Positions 18,849 to 26,952 of a stretch of 64,000 nt of DNA are shown in pieces (positions within the stretch are counted from its first letter, which is position 1; every line of letters begins with the position of its first letter). The stretch covers positions 92,602 to 156,601 of the forward strand of contig JAUQPU010000002.1 of the NCBI GenBank assembly GCA_030550235.1, in the 5' to 3' direction. The notes below the pieces were generated by a model, which was given only the letters and a program-made list of their open reading frames with translations, was not told the origin of the DNA and did not search any database. The stretch comes from Thermoproteota archaeon. Its GTDB lineage: Archaea; Thermoproteota; Nitrososphaeria_A; Caldarchaeales; Calditenuaceae. A program made the position numbers and the translations under genes.

Positions 18849-20051
18849 ATGAGCCTCTGTGTAGTGATGCTTAGCTGGGAGTTTCCCCCAAGAATCATAG
18901 GGGGACTTGCTGCTCACGTCCACGACCTCTCGATAGAGCTGAGTAGGAAGGGTGTTGAGGTTCATGTCCTAACACTCGACTTTCCGGGAGCCCCCGCGAT
19001 GGAGGTGGTGAATGGTGTGCACATTTACCGTGTGGACTCCTATAAGTACCCATCGCCAGACTTCGCATCATGGATAGCTATGATGAATGTTAACATGCTA
19101 GACTATGCCTGCAGTATCCTCAAAAACCAGCTAAAGGGGGACTTCATAATACATGCTCACGACTGGCTTGTAGCAAATGCCGCCATCGCTCTCAAACACA
19201 TCTTCAGAATGCCGCTAGTAGCCACCATACACTCTACAGAGTATGGTAGAAGGGGAGGAATACATGACGATTATCAGAGGATGATTGCGTCCACTGAGGC
19301 CTGGCTGACGAGGGAGGCTTGGAGGATAATCTGCTGTAGTAGGTACATGGCTGGGGAGGTGAACCGGGTTTTGGGGACGCCAATGGATAAGATTGACGTG
19401 ATTCCCAATGGTGTCTATCTAGAGAACTTCTCCTCAATAGGTGGTGCAGAGCTCCGTTCAATGTTCGCCTCTCCTGATGAGAGGCTCGTCCTCTATGTTG
19501 GCAGGCTTGTCCACGAGAAGGGTGTACAGCTTCTTGTCGAGGCGATGCCGAGAATCCTCCAGAGCGTAAATGCGAAATTAGTCATTGTTGGTGAGGGGTA
19601 CCTTAAGGAGTGGATTAAGAGGAGGGTGGAGGAGCTCGGTATCTCTCAGAAAGTATACGTCACAGGGTTCCTAGACATCAAGACCCTCAGAGGCCTCTAC
19701 TCTATTGCAGACGTCCTTGTTATGCCCTCCCTTTACGAGCCCTTCGGGATAGTAGCCCTCGAGGCAGCCGCCTCCAGACTCCCAATAGTCTCAACATGCG
19801 CCGGTGGGATTGGAGAAATAGTGAGTCACATGCACAGCTGCGTGAGCGTCTACCCCAACCCCGACTCGATAGCTTGGGGTGTAATCCAAGTACTATCTAA
19901 CCCATATCTGGCTGAGCATATCAAGAACAACGCCTACGAAAACGTCAAAAACAACTATGTCTGGGCTAAGATAGCCGAACAGACAGTGTCGGTCTATCAG
20001 CGTGTATTGAGTGAGTATCTCTCGTTAGGTGGCTGGAAGCCCCGTAGATAG
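18849..20051 (+). CDS. GT-B glycosyltransferase (GT4/GT5, glycogen-synthase-like), full length
   Basis: MLSWEFPPRIIGGLAAH N-terminal loop. C-terminal PSLYEPFGIVALEAAA. 400 aa. Confidence 0.7.
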   Translation: MSLCVVMLSWEFPPRIIGGLAAHVHDLSIELSRKGVEVHVLTLDFPGAPAMEVVNGVHIYRVDSYKYPSPDFASWIAMMNVNMLDYACSILKNQLKGDFIIHAHDWLVANAAIALKHIFRMPLVATIHSTEYGRRGGIHDDYQRMIASTEAWLTREAWRIICCSRYMAGEVNRVLGTPMDKIDVIPNGVYLENFSSIGGAELRSMFASPDERLVLYVGRLVHEKGVQLLVEAMPRILQSVNAKLVIVGEGYLKEWIKRRVEELGISQKVYVTGFLDIKTLRGLYSIADVLVMPSLYEPFGIVALEAAASRLPIVSTCAGGIGEIVSHMHSCVSVYPNPDSIAWGVIQVLSNPYLAEHIKNNAYENVKNNYVWAKIAEQTVSVYQRVLSEYLSLGGWKPRR

Positions 20052-20100
20052 TCTCTACACCTATTACCTAGAGAAGTTTATATCCTATCGAGGATGATAA

Positions 20101-20481
20101 ATGGTTGTGGAGCGCCGTAGACCGGGCCCTCGGGGAGCCTCTAGAGGGCGCGGTACGGACATATTCGAGACGGTTGAGAGGATTGATTTTGTCGAGGGTT
20201 TTGGTGAGATTATCCGCTCAGCCCGCGAAAAGCTGGGTTTTACGCAGGAAGAGCTGGCGAGCCTCGTCCAGGAGAAGGTCTCAATAATAAAGAAGCTTGA
20301 GGCCGGCTCCTTTAGACCCCCCATAGAGCTGGCCAGGAACATCGAGAGGGTACTCAAAATTAAGATTGTCAGAGAGCTGAGGGACGAGGACATCCATATT
20401 ACGCCCCCTCGAACATCCGGGCGGGGAGTCACACTGGGTGACATCCTCTCCTTAAAGTCTGAGAAAGGGGAGGAAAAATAG
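20101..20481 (+). CDS. MBF1-like XRE-type helix-turn-helix protein with an Arg/Gly-rich N-terminus (no zinc ribbon)
   Basis: HTH segment GFTQEELASLVQEKVSIIKKLEAGSFRPPIELARNIERVLKIKI matches the MBF1/XRE pattern. The N-terminus RRRPGPRGASRGRG is RG-rich. Confidence 0.45.
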   Translation: MVVERRRPGPRGASRGRGTDIFETVERIDFVEGFGEIIRSAREKLGFTQEELASLVQEKVSIIKKLEAGSFRPPIELARNIERVLKIKIVRELRDEDIHITPPRTSGRGVTLGDILSLKSEKGEEK

Positions 20482-20485
20482 GCTC

Positions 20486-20496
20486 CTTTTTTGTTT
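20486..20496 (+). terminator. Oligo-T tract (archaeal intrinsic-terminator-like) right after the MBF1-like gene
   Basis: ggctcc-TTTTTTGTTTG immediately after the stop. Archaeal RNA polymerase terminates at T-runs. Confidence 0.3.
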
Positions 20497-20563
20497 GACA
20501 GCCTGAGTTGGGTGACAGGTTAAATACTCTGCCAGGCCCATTTTATATTAGAGCTGGGAAGGG

Positions 20564-21847
20564 TGGTGTGACTCGCGGGGCAGCGGGACTAAGGTCGCGA
20601 TAGTTCACAGATACTTGCCTGGTGAGGAGCCTAACCTGGAGGAGCTGGCTGAGCTCTGTGAGACGGCGGGATACGAGGTTGTCTATCAGCTATCCCAGCA
20701 AAGACATCCCCACAGCCAGTACAACATCGGGCCTAGCAAGTTGAAGGAGCTTGCAGAAGCTGTTAAGAGGCTGGGAATAGAGAAGATAATCTTTGAGAAC
20801 GAGCTGAAACCCCTCCAAGAGTATAACCTGGCCAAGGCGCTGGGCGTTGAGATGATTGACAGGACCCGGCTGATCTTGGAGATCTTTACACTCCATGCGT
20901 CGAGCCTAGAGGCTAAGCTTGAGATTAAATTGGCTGAGCTGAGGTATGAGCTGCCTAGGGCCAAGGAGAAGGTGAGGCTTGCGAAGAGGGGTGAGCAGCC
21001 GGGCTTCCATGGACTAGGCGCCTACGAGGCCGACGTATACTATGAGGAGATAAGTAGAAGGATTCAGAAGATTCAGAAGAAGCTCGACGAGATAAAGAGG
21101 AAGAAGGTCATCTCCATCAGGAGGACAAGGCTAGAGGGCATACCCACAATAGCGCTTGCAGGCTACACCAACTCCGGCAAATCAACACTCTTCAGGAGAC
21201 TCACAGGATACCCCGCCGAGGTATCAAACAAGCTCTTCACAACACTATCAACCAAGAAGCGAATCACGAGGATCTTGGGAAAGCCCGTATACATCTCTGA
21301 CACTGTAGGGTTCATCAAGAATGTCCCAGCTATGCTTGTCTCAGCCTTCATGTCGACTCTGATGGAGGTTGTTGAGTCAGACCTTGTGTTGCTGCTCGTC
21401 GACGGCGCCCTACCCATGCCTGAGGTTAGACAGAGGCTGAACGTCACCCTGTCAACGCTTAGGCAGATAGGTGTTGTGAACAAGCCCATCATACTGGTAT
21501 TCAACAAGGCCGACCTAATAATGCCGGAGAAACGCGACAAGCTTATCGAGATGGTGAATGGTGCTTTCCCGGCAGTTGTTGTGTCTGCAAAGACTGGGGA
21601 GAACATAGACTTACTCGAGAAGACAATAGACTCCATGCTCTCCGGCTTCGTGAAATTCACCGCAAAGATACCCCTCGAAGAGGCTACCCCACTACTCCTA
21701 AGCCAGCTGCGGGAAAGAGGCATGGTGGAGTCAATGACTTATCATGACGGCTTCCTCGAGGTCACAGCCACGACACCAGCCCAGCTCGCAGAGAGAATAA
21801 AGGCCCTTACCTGGAACGGCGGAAGCTTCCAGCTGAGCGAGACTTAA
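20564..21847 (+). CDS. hflX: GTPase HflX
   Basis: HflX N-domain (AELCETAGYEVV) plus G-domain (G1 GYTNSGKSTLFRRLTG; G3 DTVGF; G4 NKAD). Extending the track start (TTG 20615) to GTG 20564 adds ...TKVAIVHRYLPGEEP..., the typical HflX N-terminus. An in-frame stop lies at 20549-20551. Confidence 0.8.
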   Translation, partial: WCDSRGSGTKVAIVHRYLPGEEPNLEELAELCETAGYEVVYQLSQQRHPHSQYNIGPSKLKELAEAVKRLGIEKIIFENELKPLQEYNLAKALGVEMIDRTRLILEIFTLHASSLEAKLEIKLAELRYELPRAKEKVRLAKRGEQPGFHGLGAYEADVYYEEISRRIQKIQKKLDEIKRKKVISIRRTRLEGIPTIALAGYTNSGKSTLFRRLTGYPAEVSNKLFTTLSTKKRITRILGKPVYISDTVGFIKNVPAMLVSAFMSTLMEVVESDLVLLLVDGALPMPEVRQRLNVTLSTLRQIGVVNKPIILVFNKADLIMPEKRDKLIEMVNGAFPAVVVSAKTGENIDLLEKTIDSMLSGFVKFTAKIPLEEATPLLLSQLRERGMVESMTYHDGFLEVTATTPAQLAERIKALTWNGGSFQLSET

Positions 21848-21872
21848 TATACGTGGCCCGCATAACTTGGAC

Positions 21873-22034
21873 ATGATGCTTAGAAGGGATGATCTAGGCA
21901 TTAGAGGGCTGCAGGGGCCGAGCACAATCATGCCCTCAGATATTGAGCGCCTCGTCCGCGAAGTGATAATGCTGAAGGAGGAGGTTAAGAAGATACGGAA
22001 GGCGCTCGAGGATCATGGAATCAAAGTAGACTAG
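21873..22034 (+). CDS. Hypothetical 53-aa protein with a C-terminal amphipathic helix
   Basis: ATG ORF (MMLRRDDLGIRGLQGPSTIMPSDIERLVREVIMLKEEVKKIRKALEDHGIKVD) absent from the track (under 60 aa). No recognisable family. Confidence 0.2.
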   Translation: MMLRRDDLGIRGLQGPSTIMPSDIERLVREVIMLKEEVKKIRKALEDHGIKVD

Positions 22035-22581
22035 GCAGGTCCCTATATACGGCCATTATCAGTGGGATGAGCCTCCTCGTCAGGGCCTCAAGAGCGGCCA
22101 CTTCAGCCCTGCACCTATCTACAGCTAGAGCGGCCTCCTTTCGGGATAACACAACTCTCCCGCTCTGTGTCTGAGAGGCTCTAGACGTCTTTAGTATGGG
22201 GCTGATGGGGACTCTAAAGAATTTACATATCTCGTAGAGGCTGTTGCTGCGTAGCCTCATATGCTCTGACGCCAGTCTCTCTAGGTCTATGTGTCTAGCG
22301 GAGTATAGTGGGGATGGGTCTATACCATGTACAAGCATTTTGGCTGTTAGGAATGGAACTAGAAGATTGGTGCCACCCCAGCTTACATAGATGTGGCTCC
22401 TCCTCAATACCTTTTCCACAGCTAGAATGGCCGCCTTCTCGCCACCTCTACACTCTATAACCCTGATACTCCTTCTCCCGCCCCCCAGCTCCATATATCC
22501 GGCGCAAATCAACCGCCCGGTGTCTGGGCTATGTGCTGTCGCCTGCAGGGTCAGGATATGGGTAATTGGTCTAAGCCTCAA
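22021..22581 (-). CDS. Hypothetical protein, 186 aa
   Basis: Long ORF with no motif I can assign. Alternating beta/alpha pattern suggests a globular alpha/beta protein. Confidence 0.35.
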   Translation of the reverse strand: MRLRPITHILTLQATAHSPDTGRLICAGYMELGGGRRSIRVIECRGGEKAAILAVEKVLRRSHIYVSWGGTNLLVPFLTAKMLVHGIDPSPLYSARHIDLERLASEHMRLRSNSLYEICKFFRVPISPILKTSRASQTQSGRVVLSRKEAALAVDRCRAEVAALEALTRRLIPLIMAVYRDLPSLL

Positions 22582-22598
22582 GCCATAATTACTATAGC

Positions 22599-23516
22599 CT
22601 AATCCATTACTTTTAGCTTCGCGTAGGTATTCTGCGGGGCCATTCCTTTGAACTCTTCGGGGTGTATAATCTCCGCGAGTATGGAGATGCCTTTCATCAC
22701 GCTGGGCCCGTGGCGGCTGAAGTAGATTGAGGCGCTGACGGCGTAGACCTCATCCTTCATGTAGGCTGGCGTCTCCCTAATCCAGTCTTGGGCTATAAGC
22801 TCTCCGGCATCCCGGTAAGCCTCGGAAAGACCGTATCCGCAGGGTCCGCATACTATTATCTCGGGTGAAAACCTCAGGATTTCCTCTGGCATGACGCGCC
22901 TGCTCGGCTTCCCCTTCTCTCCAAAGTCAATCCCCCCTGCAATCTCAACCATCTCAGGTACCCAGTGGCCTGAGCAATAGGGAGGATCGCACCATTCCAT
23001 GAAGAAGGTCCTCTTCCTCTCTAACCCTCTAGCCTTCTCGGCAACCCGTCTTATCTCCGCTCTGAGACGCTCAACCAGCTCTCCAGCCTCCTCTCTCCTT
23101 CCGATAGCCTCGCCAACTCTCAGAACATCGCCCAGAACATCACCAATACTATGTGGATGGAGTGTCAAAACCTTAGAACCGGGGCGCAGCCTGCTAACTG
23201 CCTCCTCGACACTGCCCGGCATAACCGCACATACTTCACAGAGCCCTTGAGAGACGATGAGGTCGGGCCTAAGCCTGTATAAAAGTTCTGTGTCAATGAT
23301 GTAGAGCTGCTCGCCTCTCCTGTAATGCTCTGATACAAGCCTATCAATCTCCCGCGAAACCAGCCCAGCCGTATTGATTTTGGGTTTGACTACGATGGGC
23401 TTTGTCTTGGCCTCGGGAGGATGGTCGCAGGCGTAAGTCACGCCTACCACCTCATCACCGGCACCTAGGGTGTAGAGAATCTCCGTGGCGCTCGGCACGA
23501 GAGAGACTATCCTCAC
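22599..23516 (-). CDS. Class III (TroA/BtuF-like) periplasmic-binding-protein-fold protein with no signal peptide and no adjacent transporter
   Basis: N-terminus begins directly with the conserved motif RIVSLVPSATEILYTLGAGDEVVGVT. 305 aa, no hydrophobic leader. No permease or ATPase genes nearby. Confidence 0.6.
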   Translation of the reverse strand: MRIVSLVPSATEILYTLGAGDEVVGVTYACDHPPEAKTKPIVVKPKINTAGLVSREIDRLVSEHYRRGEQLYIIDTELLYRLRPDLIVSQGLCEVCAVMPGSVEEAVSRLRPGSKVLTLHPHSIGDVLGDVLRVGEAIGRREEAGELVERLRAEIRRVAEKARGLERKRTFFMEWCDPPYCSGHWVPEMVEIAGGIDFGEKGKPSRRVMPEEILRFSPEIIVCGPCGYGLSEAYRDAGELIAQDWIRETPAYMKDEVYAVSASIYFSRHGPSVMKGISILAEIIHPEEFKGMAPQNTYAKLKVMD

Positions 23517-23633
23517 GAACTAATTGGCATCAAAACTCCCTTTTATCCCTTTATAATTTATCCATTATTGCATAAAGCAGCATGTGGCGCGTTGAAATGA
23601 CTTTAAATAAAACACCAATAGCAAATACTATGC

Positions 23634-24065
23634 GTGGATGCTGACGACTTTGAGCTGGAGCGTATTAAGGCGCGAAAGATGAGAGAGCTATTGTCAGGTG
23701 TCAAAAATCCTAAGCAGGGCGTCGCGGATAATGTCAATTTCCCGAGCATGCCGGTCGAGGTGAGTGACATGGATTTCGACCAGTTCGTAAACAAGTACCC
23801 CCTCGTCGTTGTGGACTTCTGGGCTGAGTGGTGTGCTCCATGTAGGTTCATGACGCCGGTGATAAAGGAGCTTGCCGCGGAGATGGCTGGAAAGGTTGTC
23901 TTCGGAAAACTTAACGTGGACTATAACCCCAGGACTGCAGCCAAGTATGGGATAATGAGCATACCCACCTTCATGGTGTTCAAGGATGGGAAACCGGTTG
24001 ACGCCCTGGTGGGGGCGATGCCCAAGCAAAGGCTCAAGGCCCTAATTATGCAGTATGTATCGTAG
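23634..24065 (+). CDS. trx: Thioredoxin
   Basis: Active site WAEWCAPCR and thioredoxin-fold motifs (YGIMSIPTFMVFKDGKP), with a roughly 40-aa N-terminal extension. Confidence 0.8.
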   Translation: MDADDFELERIKARKMRELLSGVKNPKQGVADNVNFPSMPVEVSDMDFDQFVNKYPLVVVDFWAEWCAPCRFMTPVIKELAAEMAGKVVFGKLNVDYNPRTAAKYGIMSIPTFMVFKDGKPVDALVGAMPKQRLKALIMQYVS

Positions 24066-24126
24066 GGTCGGCTGGCGGCACTAGCTTTATTATTGGACTA
24101 TAAGGTTATCTTCATAGATTAGACTA

Positions 24127-25053
24127 ATGGGGTTGTTATCCTATCGCGGAGCTGTCGCCGAGTATTTGGATTCGCGGAGGAGGGAGCTTGAGTCTTGGAT
24201 CGATATGCGGGTTAGCCGAAGTCCCGATAGGCTGGTTTTGGAGAGGGCTATTTATGGCGGCAAGAGGCTGAGGCCTGTCTTTCTTCTCTTGGTCTTCGAG
24301 TCGCTGGGTGGGGGTGATAGAGAGTCGGCTCTCGATGTGGCTTTCGCATTAGAGCTGGCCCATGCAGCCAGCCTAGTACATGACGATATTATCGACTGGG
24401 ATGATCTTAGGAGAGGGAAGCCGGCCCTCTGGAGGCAGGTGGGGATCAGTAGAGCAGTCGTTGAGGGCCATAGAATTATCAACTTGGCCTTCAAGACAGT
24501 TCTCGAGAAGGGGCTTGAGATCTCCCGAATCTTTCTCGAGGCTTGGGATAGGGCTTCGCTCGGCGTATTGGAGGAAATACTCTCAACAACTCCCCCCTCC
24601 AAGCTACTATATCTGAGAATCATCGAGAATAAGACCGCCTCCCTCTTCGCAGCTGCAGCCGAATCTGCAGCGATATTGGCCGGCGCGCCCGATAGTGTCC
24701 GCATGCTCGTTAAAGATTATGGTCGGTGTGTAGGCATCATATATCAGCTGGGGGATGATTATGGAGAGATGCTCTCAGGTAGTGGTCTTGTGAGGCTGAT
24801 GCGTGGGCTCGGGAGGATCGAGGAGCTGATTAGGCAGGGATACTTCGCCCTCAAGAGCGGGCGCATCCGCGAGCTCATAAGTATCTGGAGAGCCCTCAGG
24901 GGCTTCCAAGGATATCTGCCGGAGATCCTAAAGGAGACTCTAAGCAAGATCGATAACCTTATAGAAAAGATGCCGGTCGAGGATCATTATAAGGAGATTT
25001 TGCGGGATTTTCCCAGATATTGTTTTCTCCAGATGGTCAGGCCAAATAGATAG
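24127..25053 (+). CDS. trans-Polyprenyl diphosphate synthase (GGPP-synthase-like)
   Basis: First Asp-rich motif LVHDDIIDWDDLRRGKPALW (canonical FARM with RRG). The second motif, YQLGDDYGEM, is partly degenerate (DDxxE rather than DDxxD). Confidence 0.7.
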   Translation: MGLLSYRGAVAEYLDSRRRELESWIDMRVSRSPDRLVLERAIYGGKRLRPVFLLLVFESLGGGDRESALDVAFALELAHAASLVHDDIIDWDDLRRGKPALWRQVGISRAVVEGHRIINLAFKTVLEKGLEISRIFLEAWDRASLGVLEEILSTTPPSKLLYLRIIENKTASLFAAAAESAAILAGAPDSVRMLVKDYGRCVGIIYQLGDDYGEMLSGSGLVRLMRGLGRIEELIRQGYFALKSGRIRELISIWRALRGFQGYLPEILKETLSKIDNLIEKMPVEDHYKEILRDFPRYCFLQMVRPNR

Positions 25054-25144
25054 GCCAGACAAGGATGTTGTGGGATAGGTGTATGGTTGTGCGGCTTATA
25101 TGCTGCCGTGCCTTAGCTAGAGATGGATGGACACTGGGTCGAGA

Positions 25145-25264
25145 ATGGTGTGCGCCCGCTGCGGGACGGGTGTGAAGCGCCTCAACATATATCGCGGAGA
25201 AATGCTCTGCGACGAATGTTACTCGAAGATGGTTGGCGGCTCAGAGGAGAGTTGTAGACACTAG
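25145..25264 (+). CDS. 39-aa zinc-ribbon mini-protein
   Basis: MVCARCGTGVKRLNIYRGEMLCDECYSKMVGGSEESCRH has two CxxC pairs. Absent from the track (under 60 aa). Confidence 0.3.
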   Translation: MVCARCGTGVKRLNIYRGEMLCDECYSKMVGGSEESCRH

Positions 25265-25677
25265 CTCCGGCGCCTACTAGGTAAACCATCTGTGTGGACG
25301 ACCTTTTCAATCCGCATGAGTGGATAATCCAGCTCCTCAACCCAACTCATCCTCCCCCACACCCTACTCCCCCCATACCTAACTACTACGCTTACCTCAA
25401 GGCTTCTCGGGTCTATACGCCCATATCTATAAACCTGCTTCCCAATGCGCAGCCCTTTGACCCTCAACTCGACCTTCTCCCTAAAAGGCTGCGACGCCAA
25501 CCCCCTACCCAGCTCGTCAAGTAGTCTATGGATTGACGCCCTCCTTCTTGGCAGGGGGAGGCCGAGGAGATAGTGGTAGGCTGTGGCTAGGGCTATTCCT
25601 GCCTCAAAGGCCGCTCTCTCCGAGTCGCTCAGCCCTCTATAGAAGTATTTCCTACCCGGGTCATTTACTCTTCTCAA
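25261..25677 (-). CDS. Hypothetical protein, 138 aa. Possibly an archaeal MptD-like small enzyme (low confidence).
   Basis: Segment SDSERAAFEAGIALATAYHYLLGLPL is reminiscent of small archaeal pterin-pathway aldolases. Not verifiable by eye. Confidence 0.25.
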   Translation of the reverse strand: MRRVNDPGRKYFYRGLSDSERAAFEAGIALATAYHYLLGLPLPRRRASIHRLLDELGRGLASQPFREKVELRVKGLRIGKQVYRYGRIDPRSLEVSVVVRYGGSRVWGRMSWVEELDYPLMRIEKVVHTDGLPSRRRS

Positions 25678-25774
25678 CTCAGCTCTATGGGTTATCCTGC
25701 ACAGGTGTTAAAAGTCCTTCCCCCAACCCTCGTTGGGTAGACTATGAATAGGAGAGGAAGGCATTCATTAGCCT

Positions 25775-26746
25775 GTGGCAGGTATGGCTGTGGCTAAGGC
25801 CTACACGATGCAGGCCCTCGTAAAATATCACGGGCTTAGAGATTGGAGTCTGAGGCTCCCATTCCACGATAGCATATCCGTCAACACAGACGTCGCATAT
25901 ACGACTGCGAGGGTCTCATTCGGCCCCTACGGGAGGGATGCCGTGATCTCAGGAGGAGTTGAGCTTGAGGGACGTCCAAAGGAGCGCGTCATAGCTGTGA
26001 TTAATAGGGTGAGGATGCTGGCAGGCATCGATGATAAGTGCTTAGTGGAGACAGAGAACCGGCCGAAGATAAGGGCTAAGGGGATGGGCTTCTCCTCCTC
26101 CGCAGGGGCAGCAATAGCGGCGGCAGCCTACAAGGCAGCCTCACTAGATAAAAAATTCGGATGGGACCTAAAGCTCCTTTCTAGGATTGCGAGGATCCTA
26201 GCTGGCTCTGCCTGCCGCTCGGTTGTAGGCGCATACGCAAAGTGGCTGGCTGGAACAAGCGATGAGGACAGCTACGCCGTCAGGATTGGAGACGCCTCAG
26301 ACCTCGACATAAGATACGTCATCGTACCTCTCTGGCTAGACGTCTCAACAGAGACCGCGCATAGGGAGGCCGAGACCTCCCCATTCCTCCAAGCGAGAAT
26401 AGAGTCGGCTAATAAGAGATGCTTAGAGCTGGAGAGGGCTATTAAGGATGGGGATTTCAAGAAGTTCGGCACGCTGGTGGAGAGAGACTCACTCGAGCTA
26501 CACGCAGTAACAATGACTGGCGAATATGGGACAATACTTACAACGCCTGAATGCCTAAGAGTAATAGACATTGTCAAAAAGCTTCGAAGTAGAGGCGTAC
26601 CTGCTTACTTCTCAATGCAGACTGGCCCAACAGTCTATGTAAACACTCTCCCAGAACATGTCGAGGTAGTTGAAGGAGAGCTGCGCAGCCAGGGCTTCCA
26701 AGTGCTGGTGTCGGGTATCGGTGGAGGAGTGGAGGTCTTAGAGTGA
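25775..26746 (+). CDS. Mevalonate-diphosphate-decarboxylase-family GHMP-kinase-fold enzyme
   Basis: ALVKYHGLRDWSLRLPFHDSISVNTD resembles the MVD N-terminus (IALIKYWGKRD...NSSISVTL). GHMP ATP loop GMGFSSSAGAAIAAAAY. 323 aa. Confidence 0.7.
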   Translation: MAGMAVAKAYTMQALVKYHGLRDWSLRLPFHDSISVNTDVAYTTARVSFGPYGRDAVISGGVELEGRPKERVIAVINRVRMLAGIDDKCLVETENRPKIRAKGMGFSSSAGAAIAAAAYKAASLDKKFGWDLKLLSRIARILAGSACRSVVGAYAKWLAGTSDEDSYAVRIGDASDLDIRYVIVPLWLDVSTETAHREAETSPFLQARIESANKRCLELERAIKDGDFKKFGTLVERDSLELHAVTMTGEYGTILTTPECLRVIDIVKKLRSRGVPAYFSMQTGPTVYVNTLPEHVEVVEGELRSQGFQVLVSGIGGGVEVLE

Positions 26747-26784
26747 AAAGCATAGATTAAAAAGTAAATGTTATGCAGGAATGT

Positions 26785-26952
26785 ATGATGGGCGAGGTAA
26801 CTGTTAAGGAGGAAGACGTACCATTCTTTGCAGAAGTCACGGCGGGTGGTCGTATCACTATCCCAGAGGAGATCAGAAAGATCTTTGACATAAAGGACGG
26901 GGACTATCTTCTCTGCCGGATAAAGATTGTGAAGAGGAGGAGTAGAGACTAG
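26785..26952 (+). CDS. AbrB/SpoVT (MazE-like) swapped-hairpin DNA-binding mini-protein
   Basis: 55 aa: MMGEVTVKEEDVPFFAEVTAGGRITIPEEIRKIFDIKDGDYLLCRIKIVKRRSRD. The G-R-I/V-T-I-P core is typical of AbrB/MazE/VapB antitoxin-type domains. Not in the track (under 60 aa). Confidence 0.5.
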   Translation: MMGEVTVKEEDVPFFAEVTAGGRITIPEEIRKIFDIKDGDYLLCRIKIVKRRSRD

